From Paramicrosporidium saccamoebae KSL3 (lineage: Eukaryota > Fungi > Cryptomycota): DNA of 10,197 nucleotides. The notes below the pieces were generated by a model, which worked only from the letters and a program-made list of their open reading frames with translations, searched no databases and was not told where the DNA came from. Below, one piece after another: positions 1 to 8,595 of the stretch (positions are counted from its first letter, which is position 1; the number at the start of each line of letters is the position of its first letter). The stretch covers positions 1-10,197 of the forward strand of contig MTSL01000141.1 of the NCBI GenBank assembly GCA_002794465.1. Reading direction: 5' to 3'. The position numbers and the translations under genes were made by a program.

Positions 1-80
1 CTCATACTCTCATACTCTCATACTCTCATACTCTCATACTCTCATACTCTCACACTCTCACACTCTCACACTCTCACACT
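1..80. repeat. 8-bp tandem array: 6x CTCATACT then 4x CTCACACT, probably continuing beyond the left edge
   Basis: Read directly: ten perfect 8-nt units, switching from T to C at unit position 5 from unit 7 onward. The array starts at base 1. Confidence 0.97.
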
Positions 81-159
81 CTCGCTCGCATTTCAACCTC
101 ACTCTGCTTAATTTGGCATGGCTTTCCGTTCGATTTAGGAATATTACGGCGTCAGTCTC

Positions 160-1305
160 ATGGAGACCATTGGGAGACAGGAATTGATGGGGAGACGTGA
201 ATGTTCTTTGACACTGACTGACCGCGAAAGTGATTACGAAACGGAACTGGCGGGAAATTGTGTGTTGAGTGCACGAAATTGCAAAATACTCATTAAACAA
301 GGTGGACACCGACTCTCCTCCAACGCCTTTGAGAGTTTGAACAGTTTCATTGTCAATTTCCTACAATGCATCGGACGAAAGATCACCACACGAGGGGACC
401 ACACTGAGCCGACGGTTCCATGGACACAGGTGATGGACGCAGCATCAATATTGGTGCCGTCGCTGGAGGGATGGTTTGGGACATGGCACACCTTATTAAC
501 ACAACACGCCACAATCCACCCCATTGCCGAGGTGCCTTGTTGTCGGGAAATTGCTGATAGATGCAGTTTGACCATCCCAGAAGAGTGCGAACGCATCCTC
601 CGTCTGTCAATGCATCCATTGGCAGTTTTGGATGGAGTGGCACTGAGCAGTATTGTTTGCACAATGAACGATGTGGTGCAGTGGGTGGTGCGAGTGGCAG
701 TGCGAGTAGTCGAGTCCAAGGGATTGGGCACCGTCAGGAAGGGAGAGATGGAGGCGGTTCTGACAAAGGCCCCCATTTTTGCAACTCTCCAAAATCCAGT
801 AGGATGCACCCGTGATCGGCCGGATTCAATTCTCTACGACTTTAACTTGCAGGAGATTGAGTCGACTGTTCCGTATAGTGTAAACGATCAGAAGGACTCC
901 AGTCAATCATCCCCCTTAATGAACTCGCCCGTCATGGCATTCCCTCTTTTGGAATCTCCCATATTGGATTCTCCCATGCTGGATCCCAGCAAGAGCCAAT
1001 CCATTTCAGTGCCAAAAATGTTGACACCAGCCGACTCGCCCATATCCTCGTCGCCTCTTTCAAAGTCCCTCTTGGCTGTCGGAGAACAGAGCCGAATAGT
1101 AGCATGCACGGATGCCTCCTGTTCCTGGATCAAAGTGACCCCCGCACTGACCGGGCACTTTATGGAATCGCGCGGCGTCGAAACTGACCTCATTGAGCCG
1201 ATCCGTCAGATTGAACAACCGCCGAATCAAATGGACCAAATGCAGAGGGAGATTGAGATTTTGAAAGAATTGATGGGTAAACTACTAAAAACATCCAACG
1301 ATTAA
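160..1305 (+). CDS. 381-aa protein with tandem histone folds (H2B-like then H2A-like), an S/T-P-rich linker and a C-terminal coiled coil
   Basis: Long ORF. aa ~41-100 (KILIKQGGHRLSSNAFESLNSF...TVPWTQVMDAASILVP) aligns by eye with the H2B core ([23 protein letters not shown]...TITSREIQTAVRLLLP). aa ~133-210 (RCSLTIP..ERILR...) aligns with the H2A core (RAGLQFP..HRLLR...). The start could be M1 or M10. No HMM search was run. Confidence 0.7.
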   Translation: METIGRQELMGRRECSLTLTDRESDYETELAGNCVLSARNCKILIKQGGHRLSSNAFESLNSFIVNFLQCIGRKITTRGDHTEPTVPWTQVMDAASILVPSLEGWFGTWHTLLTQHATIHPIAEVPCCREIADRCSLTIPEECERILRLSMHPLAVLDGVALSSIVCTMNDVVQWVVRVAVRVVESKGLGTVRKGEMEAVLTKAPIFATLQNPVGCTRDRPDSILYDFNLQEIESTVPYSVNDQKDSSQSSPLMNSPVMAFPLLESPILDSPMLDPSKSQSISVPKMLTPADSPISSSPLSKSLLAVGEQSRIVACTDASCSWIKVTPALTGHFMESRGVETDLIEPIRQIEQPPNQMDQMQREIEILKELMGKLLKTSND

Positions 1306-1545
1306 TAATACACTATATGTATATATTATGCAAAAGAGAACCGGTCTAGTATCATCAATCCCGCAGCCACCAGCCGCCAGCTCATTGCAGTCTCACTGGT
1401 ATGGTGGCGGTCAGATTAACCCCCACCTCAAAACACTGCCTCATAATTCATACTTTATCTACACTCTAATCCACCAAGCCATAATCTACATCTTAAAACT
1501 ACCTCATAACAATCAAATTTATGTATATCCTGCAATTATCGTCTA

Positions 1546-2643
1546 CTAGGCACTGCTACGCTCAATTAGCTCGGCCCGCAGCTGCGCAGTACGTTCCTCT
1601 GTCGACTTTGCATTGCCCTTTTTCATGATCCCCGCCCGCACCAACATGCCCTCGGCAGCCAAATCCCATTGGGGATAGATGCTAGAGAGATTTACAATGA
1701 TAAACCCAACGACAACACACACTCCGGCGGCAGTACGATAGGCATGGAACGTGCCCTCTTCCAGATATTCTACCAGGAGAGTTAGTGGGATATTAAAAGA
1801 GATCCCAATAGCCACTACCAGGGGAGAGGTGCACACAAAGGCAACATTCCAGAGATAATTGGGAATGAAGCCGCCAAGGAACACGTTGATAAGGATCAGC
1901 TTGACAGCGTCGTAGGATGGCCATTCCAGCACCTCTATTCCGCTTACATGCAGACCCAATAGCACGATCCATGCAAGTCCCAGGGTGTATAATCCTCCAA
2001 AGGCAAACAGCAGCGGCATGCTGATCCTCGATTCGTCAATGGATACTTTTTTGAGGAAAATGGAGTAGACTCCGTAGAGGACCGCCCCCACCAAGGCAAA
2101 ACTGTTCCCCAACGTCCGAGTATCCTCACTCGAGAATTCGGGGATTCCCAACAGAAGCACCCCGCCGACACTAATAAAAACGGCGAGGATGCGGAAAAGA
2201 GAAAGCACCTCGACCCCCATCATCCAACCAAAGAAAAGCGTAAAAAACCCACAGGTGGACGCCAAAATAGAGGCGCTGCCCACCGAAGTGGCACCAAAGG
2301 CAATGTTGGTGGCATAGTTGGAGGCCAGATACAGGGCGAAAAAGACGAACGCGATATTGGAAATCTCTCGCTTCGTAAACGGTGGCAATTCGCTTGGCTT
2401 GGCATCCGACTTTTCAAGACGCTTCACAGGGTCCTCTACCACCAAAAACACAAAGTACAACAGAAACGACAAATTCGTCAGATAGCACATCATGAACGGC
2501 TTGTCGTATTCTGCCAGGATTCGTCGGGTCAGGAACGATGAACCCACCCAAAACACCACCACAAGGATCAACGATGCTAACCCAATTAGGTACGTGGGAC
2601 ACGCTCGTGACCGCAGTGGGTTCTGCGATGCATTTTGGTCCAT
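1546..2643 (-). CDS. DMT/EamA-superfamily transporter, SLC35F5 / yeast THI74-YML018C-like, ~365 aa
   Basis: About 10 hydrophobic segments and family-like motifs: LVVVFWVGSSFL, YDKPF, TSVGSASILAST.GFFTL, GN..AL.GA..YGVY, YLW..A...TSPLV..IG.S..IPL. The start is placed at M32 (2643) of the 2736-based ORF; the upstream ATG is not excluded. Confidence 0.85.
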   Translation of the reverse strand: MDQNASQNPLRSRACPTYLIGLASLILVVVFWVGSSFLTRRILAEYDKPFMMCYLTNLSFLLYFVFLVVEDPVKRLEKSDAKPSELPPFTKREISNIAFVFFALYLASNYATNIAFGATSVGSASILASTCGFFTLFFGWMMGVEVLSLFRILAVFISVGGVLLLGIPEFSSEDTRTLGNSFALVGAVLYGVYSIFLKKVSIDESRISMPLLFAFGGLYTLGLAWIVLLGLHVSGIEVLEWPSYDAVKLILINVFLGGFIPNYLWNVAFVCTSPLVVAIGISFNIPLTLLVEYLEEGTFHAYRTAAGVCVVVGFIIVNLSSIYPQWDLAAEGMLVRAGIMKKGNAKSTEERTAQLRAELIERSSA

Positions 2644-2913
2644 CGCACTTCCAGAAACGGACGTCAACCCTTGTCGTCTGTCCGTTGGCGAGCCAATTAT
2701 ACTGCTTGTTCGTCCTAACCAATCGCATGTGTGCATGGACCGACCCTTATTCGACAGCTGTCGTTCGACAACAGCCGAATCGGATCAGATAGAATATAAT
2801 AGATTTTGCAATAGAGGCTCACCCTTGTGAGTTTTTGATCAGTAATACAGAAACACGCTACACTTTCAATAAATGGAATAAAGTACTCGATACTACAACA
2901 ATGGACTGATGAT

Positions 2914-3609
2914 TTATTGATACTGGTTGAGGGAGACTTGCGAAATGTTTGTAAATGCATCGAGCTCATGCTCGTGCAGATGCGGAAAGACTAACGATAG
3001 ACAAGAAACTGAAGACAGAGAGGGCACGGATGACAGTGCTGGCGATGATGGGGCATCGTATACTGGAGATGCACACTCGGGAATGATTTGCGCCTGAATT
3101 CCTACTAGTCCGGTCCGTGCAATCATTGTTGCCACAGATTCGGCATCTCCCTGAATTTTTAGCTGTGTGGAAGAGATGAATTGTGAATTTGCATCAATCG
3201 AATCCAGTCCCGCCAACAGCGACATCATTTTGTCACTCCACAAACCCGTCTCTCTCACATACCTTGCCACCACATCCCTGCCATTCCCGTTGGTATCAAT
3301 CTGTGGTGGAGTTAGGGTCAGGATAAAAGTCCGAGTTGGTCCGTTTCCTCGTGCAGGAATGTATCCAGCGAGCAATTGAAGCCGCTCCTGGAAAAACCGA
3401 CCCAATCCACTCACACCAAGACGACGTCCTGCAAATGGCAGTCTGGCTGGTCGTGGGTTCCAGCGTGTCCAGACTCGCGTCGGTGGTATGCGTCGTTGCC
3501 AGAGAATATATCGTAAGAAGGGAATGTGCTCTCCATATGACCCATTGTTCAACCGTTTACTTAGCCCGTTGGCCAGCTCCCGACACCAGCGCCGCATTCC
3601 CTCCAACAT
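2914..3609 (-). CDS. Hypothetical protein (231 aa as read through, possibly containing micro-introns)
   Basis: The only long ORF filling the gap between two genuine genes. An AT-rich tract lies just before the ATG and AATAAA overlaps the TAA stop. No recognisable domain, and the exon structure is uncertain. Confidence 0.45.
   Translation of the reverse strand: MLEGMRRWCRELANGLSKRLNNGSYGEHIPFLRYILWQRRIPPTRVWTRWNPRPARLPFAGRRLGVSGLGRFFQERLQLLAGYIPARGNGPTRTFILTLTPPQIDTNGNGRDVVARYVRETGLWSDKMMSLLAGLDSIDANSQFISSTQLKIQGDAESVATMIARTGLVGIQAQIIPECASPVYDAPSSPALSSVPSLSSVSCLSLVFPHLHEHELDAFTNISQVSLNQYQ
3388..3414 (-). other. Candidate 27-nt in-frame intron (GTGAGT...TTTTTCCAG) in the orphan ORF
   Basis: Strong donor, pyrimidine-rich acceptor, and a length similar to the two RTEL1 introns. 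There is no homology to confirm it. Confidence 0.45.
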
Positions 3610-3636
3610 AACCTTAATTTAAAAAATATTCTACAT

Positions 3637-6600
3637 TCAGACCCTTTTCAGCTGCGGGATCCGGGTGCGCAGTCGACATCTTGGACATTCCAGCTTTACT
3701 TGCAGCCAGGTGGTCCAGCAAGGGAAACAGCATACGTGTCCACATTTGGCACGATATCCGTTGTTGACAGTTTCTGTACAAATTGGACAGGCCTGGCTGA
3801 TTGTCGCCTGCGGGGCAGGAAGTGTCATGTCTGGAACGATATCGAGTGGCCGCTTTCCAATAGATGAGGTCGTCATAGTCCGAGTGGATCGGTTAGAGAC
3901 TAGTTGATCAAACAATTCAAGATGCTTGTTGGAAATAAAGTCTCTAAATCCCACTACCAAATCTTCCGCTTGGTTCTTCTCAAACAGTCCCAGGATCGTC
4001 AAGACCAGCTTTCGAATGTCAATCTGCTCTCCACGATATGCTTTCAAAATACTGTTAAACTCTCGAGTTGCATCTTTTCCAAGTCGACTCTTTAACACTT
4101 CTAGATATATTTGCGCCTGCCGATGTTTTTCAGTCTTTGCTGATGGCTGTATACTGGCCGGCTGTATGTTGGCTGGTGGTGCGTTGTTTGGGTTTACATT
4201 GCCGGATTTCACACTGAATGCTCTAACAAATGCATCGTTAACGGTAGGTGAATTATTCTCCAATTCAATCATTTTTGGAATGAGCAAGTTTTGTTTGGTC
4301 ACACGATTTGTATCAAAAAAGGAACGTGTCTCTTCCATAGTCTCTTTGGCAGCCTCAAAGTGTCTAAACAGAGAATTATCCATCTCCACTGGCTTATTAG
4401 CTTCATTTTCCAGTCGCTTTGACTCTTCACTGATTCGCTTGTGATCGAAAAAGTTGGTGAGATGGAGACGCATTTCTGCAAACGAGTCGTTGACCTTGAC
4501 ATGCGGACGAAGCCATTTCGATAGCTGTCCGATGGTACGCGGAGACGCAAAGCGATCGTCAAAAAGCAGAATAGCGCCATAGTCGTGTCGATGTCTGATC
4601 ACTCTGCCGATTGCTTGATTAACTGCTCGGGCTGCCTGTTGATTGTACCATTCATCGCCCGAGATGGAGCCCTCCTTGGAAAGGTCGTTGAGATATTGAC
4701 GCTTTAATTGAACGCGGGGATCCTTGAGGGGTGGATAGGGAATGCCGGTCACAATGACAGCTCGTCCCTTCCGATCGGCGAAATCTAGCCCCTCTGAGAC
4801 CTTTCCCCGACACACGGCAAAAAATATGGAGCCGTGGCCATTGCTAATGTGTCGATAATACGTGTCCATAACTCGACCCAAATCCCCCTTACTGCGTGGT
4901 TCAGTAACGGGATGTTTGAGCTGTGCAATCCGCTCGTATATCGACGACTGTCCCTCTGGGTCCTTTAGACGCCAAGCAGTTAAACACTGCTCCATCACAG
5001 CGTAAGAGGGAAAGAAGACAAGGACTCCATCCGGCACAATTTTACAAACCTCCCAGACCGACTGTCCCAACTCTGTCCGATACGAATCAGAGTTTCTCTG
5101 TTGAAAGGACGAGTTCAATGCCCCTCCATGAGGGCCTTTGGGAACCACGGAGCAAAAAATCTGCTCGTCACCAATGACATGGGAATTTTCCAGTTGGTGG
5201 GGGAAGGGAATCTGCAGCTCAGCTGCAAAAGAGGCAAGGGGTGATAGAGTGCCACTGGTCAAGAGGATTGAATAAATGCCCCGCTTCTGAAGTGCCCTCA
5301 AAGCAATTCCAGGATTAAAACACCAATAACTGATAGTTTTTCTGCTCCCTGTCAACCGACCCGGAGTTGATTCGATTGCCTCGGCAAACACTCGGAAATA
5401 TCGATGATCCGAATCGACAATGCTCCGTTCTTCCTCCTCGGCAGAGGAAATCTTGAAAATGGTACGCAGCGACCCTGCCATCAACTGCAATGAACTGCTA
5501 ATGTTGGCTTGTTTCTTAGTAAATTCGCTTTCTAAATATGCACGCGAGATGGCCTCAAGGTCGGCGAGGAGTTGCTTTACCTTTTCTTCAGTCACACTGG
5601 CACCACGTAGAAATTCAATTATAAACTCACCTCGTTGCAGCAACTGCCGATCTGCATTCAAGGGTAACCTTTCTAATTCAGCCCTAATCCGCATCAGCGT
5701 GGCATAACTACTCTCCAGCGCCATGGCATTTAGAGTGCCAACATATGTGCCGGTTTTGAGAAGATTTAGACAGCCCTCCACCTCCTTGACACATTGGGCA
5801 AGAATGTCGGTGGAAATGTCAGTGGAGCTGGCCTCACCACAAGTGCTCTCCACATTATGAGCCTCATCGAAAATGACTATGGCGTCGGTCAGATCCAAAG
5901 TAGAAATGGTTTGGGCCGTCTTCCGATCAACAAGATAATTATATGGCATCAGAACCAACTCGGCATCCAACAGGTCTCCCCGCGCCATGTAATAAGGACA
6001 CGCCCTACACATGAAATTGTACCTCTCCCCCTTACCGATGCATATTGCCCAATTTGACAATGTCCTCAATGTCGAGAAGATCTCCGCCCGCCCTCAGCAC
6101 CTCCAGTCGCTTTGTTGCATCATGCACCCGTCCATGCATTTCACACGCATTGCGTTTCACTAATTGACCACACACTGTCGTCATTGCTGAATTGGACTGC
6201 AGCTTTTTCACGGCGGGATTTGTGCAGAGCTGTTCCCTCGACCCCACCACAGCCAACTTTGGACGATACGCCGTTTTTCGTAGTTCAGAAATGACCTGTG
6301 TCAGCTGGGAATGAGTACGGCTGGCATAGATGATGAGCGGTGGACGTCGTCCTGGGCCGAGGGCATGCAAACGGGTAACCGGTGTCACGGGTAATGGCTG
6401 TTCTCCCACATATTGGTCATAGCCAGCCGACGATGCAGCCTGCAGTTGGGACTGTGCGGCCAGGACTGAGCGCCAAGCCAAAGTGGCACAAAGAAGACAC
6501 AATGTCTTGCCTGTGCCCGTGGGGCTCTCTAGCAAAGCATTCTTCCCCTACTGCTCAGCAGAGTGTGGATACGTACGTCTTTCAGAGCCTCAATAACAGT

Positions 6601-6678
6601 GGTCATGTAGGCTAGCTGCGGCTCATAGGCACTGTACGGGAAGGTGACTGACACTCCCGCTAGTTCATACGTTTTCAT
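3637..6678 (-). CDS. RTEL1: RTEL1-type XPD/Rad3-family FeS DNA helicase; exons 6678-6577, 6547-6036, 6004-3637; 993 aa
   Basis: The spliced N-terminus reads MKTYELAGVSVTFPYSAYEPQLAYM (Q motif)...GKNALLESPTGTGKTLCLLC (motif I). It also has YASRTHSQL, the FeS cysteines (QLC, VC, AC, CPYY), FDEAHN, LTSGTLSP, VCRGKVSEGLDF and RAVNQAIGRVIRHRHDYG. The C-terminus carries a harmonin-like helical domain (~4119-3900) and a RING (3789-3676). Exon lengths 102+512+2368 sum to 2982 nt, which is in frame. Confidence 0.92.
6005..6035 (-). other. 31-nt spliceosomal intron 2 of RTEL1 (GTAAGG...GTGTAG)
   Basis: Removing it joins DIEDIVKLGNMHR to ACPYY, restoring the conserved IEDLV.....CPYY segment. Retaining it gives an in-frame TAA. 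Confidence 0.9.
6548..6576 (-). other. 29-nt spliceosomal intron 1 of RTEL1 (GTACGT...CAGTAG)
   Basis: Removing it joins EALKD to GKNALLESPTGTGKT in frame. Retaining it gives a frameshift and a stop codon. Confidence 0.88.
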
Positions 6679-6762
6679 CAAAGAATAATGCATCTAATAA
6701 ATGCAGTCATGTCGTTTGTGCGGCTGGAGAGTAAGCAAAGGCGAAAAAATGTTTTGTAGATT

Positions 6763-6786
6763 CCTCATACCTCTCCTCATACCTCT
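6763..6786. repeat. Perfect 12-bp tandem duplication CCTCATACCTCT x2 in the divergent intergenic region upstream of RTEL1
   Basis: Read directly: units at 6763-6774 and 6775-6786. Confidence 0.9.
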
Positions 6787-7165
6787 CAACAGAGCAACGT
6801 CGTTAGAGAGCATGATTTCTGATCGGCCTAATAACCATTAGATCTAGTGCATCCTGAAGTCTCGATATAACTGACAGATTCGAGCAATTTATTGCCAAAG
6901 TTCAACATAAAGTCGATGACAGACAACCTGAGAGCGCACCTAAAAGTTGTTACTAATCAACCAGTTGCTCTTTGCAGTGAATATAAAAGACTTTACTCAC
7001 CACTGATCTATAACCCACATTGCATTCAACTTTTATATTTTACACCTCGACAAGTATCAAGACGCTCATTCACGCCACTGTGGCATGGACCTGTCATAAC
7101 TGCTCTGTTGAAGGCTCCCAACTGGCCAATCGTTGCTGATGCTCACCATGAGGTCCTCTCTGTTT

Positions 7166-7241
7166 CCGGGGTATTCGTTGCAATCATGAAACTGTCGCTC
7201 GTAGCGCTGTGTCTTTCCGTCTCTGTCAAAATCGTATCTGG
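7166..7241 (+). repeat. Copy 1 of a 76-bp 5'UTR plus signal-peptide segment (copy 2 at 9054-9129)
   Basis: 72 of 76 nt are identical to 9054-9129 by manual alignment, and the first 40 nt are identical. Confidence 0.95.
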
Positions 7242-8595
7242 TGTTTACTTTTACGGTGGCTACTGGAGTTTTAAACAAATTTGTCAAGCCAGGAAAGATG
7301 TCGCCAAGTTTCAGGCAATCTTAGAGGAGAAAACCCAGGGCGGCCTAGACAGCGAAAAACTTGAAAATTCATACAACATAATGAACGAGACACCGGAGAG
7401 ACGTATATGGCACTATGTCAAGTGCTACGGCACTCCTCAGCAAGCTGATGAGAGTTTGATAGCGGGTTTAGACTTGGTAAATTATGTTTACTGCATTGCG
7501 CTTGCCGATAATCCAGCTTTCCTTAGAACTCTGTCGAAAAAATTTCATAAGGCGATTATGAACCCAAACGGTCTGGTTGCCTTTGATGCTGTGAATCTTG
7601 CAAAGACGCTGCCCGACTTGAATGTATCTGAGGACGAGGATCTGCAAAAGTGCAGCGCCGAGCGGATCAATGAGCTGAAAAAACAGCGCGAGGATCTTAG
7701 CTTTGACCTAAAAAAGGCAATTCAGGCTGGGAATATTGAGGAGCTTGACCGTTACATTGCCAAAGAGCTCTGGGTACCATCTATCATCAATGTCAGAGCT
7801 GCGATCGAAGCTAATGAGCAAGAGGGTCTGCTGTACCTCCTGGAAAAAGTGAAATGGGTGCCTGGTGTTCGCCTCCTCAACAGTCTAACCAAGGCTAAGC
7901 GTGACGATGTCCTCGATTGCATACGCTCGTCTAATCCTGGCTGGAGGCCGAGTCAGAGAAATATTAACCGCGCCACCTTTTTTGGATACAAAGACGTTCT
8001 GGGCTTTTATGCCTCTGTTGATCCCGACATGCCTTCACCGAGCGAATCTGACTTGCAATCTGCACGCAAGTATTACTATTGGGACGTTGTTGAATTTTGC
8101 CTGAACAGATGGCCTCAGTCTTCTTTGAGTGTACTTGAAAAGAAAAAGTTTTATTCATATAAGATCTATGATGTTGCGAAGGGAGGGTATTTAGAAATTG
8201 TTAAATGGATTGCTAGCTCCTATCCCGACGGATGTCCACTAAACGGCGATTGTTTGGACATTTTATTTAAGAACAAACATTTCAAAGTCCTCGAATGGTT
8301 TACGAGCACTTACCCTGACAGAAAGAAGAAAATCCTGGAACGGGTCAATGTTGCAGCGGAAAAAGGAGATGTTGAGACGTTGAACTGGTATGGTAATCTA
8401 AACCCCGACTGGATCTTGAGTGCAGAGATCATTCGTGCTGCCATCAGTAAGGGACATTTATGTGTTGGTGAATGGGCCCTTAATAGGAAGGCTCCTAATA
8501 GTTGCGACGCGATGAAGTTTTTGATAACTATCAACAATGGGAACGCAATACGTTCATCAGATGAGGTAGAGGATGTTGCTGATAGAAAGAAATAA
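7186..8595 (+). CDS. Predicted secreted protein with degenerate 28-30-aa ankyrin-like repeats (paralog A, 469 aa)
   Basis: The ATG at 7186 opens a signal-peptide-like sequence, MKLSLVALCLSVSVKIVSG, and the paralog at 9074 uses the same start. Repeats include VAKGGYLEIVKW, AAEKGDVETLNW and AISKGHLCVGEW, with recurring W-x-P and YPD/NPD spaced 28-30 aa apart. Confidence 0.8.
   Translation: MKLSLVALCLSVSVKIVSGVYFYGGYWSFKQICQARKDVAKFQAILEEKTQGGLDSEKLENSYNIMNETPERRIWHYVKCYGTPQQADESLIAGLDLVNYVYCIALADNPAFLRTLSKKFHKAIMNPNGLVAFDAVNLAKTLPDLNVSEDEDLQKCSAERINELKKQREDLSFDLKKAIQAGNIEELDRYIAKELWVPSIINVRAAIEANEQEGLLYLLEKVKWVPGVRLLNSLTKAKRDDVLDCIRSSNPGWRPSQRNINRATFFGYKDVLGFYASVDPDMPSPSESDLQSARKYYYWDVVEFCLNRWPQSSLSVLEKKKFYSYKIYDVAKGGYLEIVKWIASSYPDGCPLNGDCLDILFKNKHFKVLEWFTSTYPDRKKKILERVNVAAEKGDVETLNWYGNLNPDWILSAEIIRAAISKGHLCVGEWALNRKAPNSCDAMKFLITINNGNAIRSSDEVEDVADRKK

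Noticed and set aside
1-80. CRISPR array or mobile-element terminus
   Set aside because: There are no spacers, no cas or transposase gene, and no matching inverted copy in the window, and the context is eukaryotic.
197-230. Possible 34-nt intron GTGAAT...CTGAC...AAAG near the start of the histone-fold gene
   Set aside because: Splicing would shift the frame, and I found no suitable upstream ATG in the required frame. The ORF is already open without it.
2644-2736. Upstream ATG extension of the transporter
   Set aside because: No family-like sequence in these 31 residues. M32 gives a typical short N-terminus, although the longer start is not formally excluded.
3312-3317. Single TTAGGG hexamer
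   Set aside because: An isolated copy is expected by chance and lies inside an ORF.
3637-6069. 810-aa and 167-aa ORFs read as two separate genes or as a frameshifted pseudogene
   Set aside because: Canonical GT-AG micro-introns join them, together with an upstream exon, into one intact RTEL1 reading frame.
6892-7185. 98-codon N-terminal extension of paralog A from the ORF track
   Set aside because: It starts at TTG, would bury the signal peptide, and has no counterpart in paralog B, whose ATG matches 7186.
7148-7189. Short uORF whose TGA overlaps the ATG of paralog A
   Set aside because: The corresponding upstream ATG in paralog B (9034) is in a different frame, so the arrangement is not conserved.
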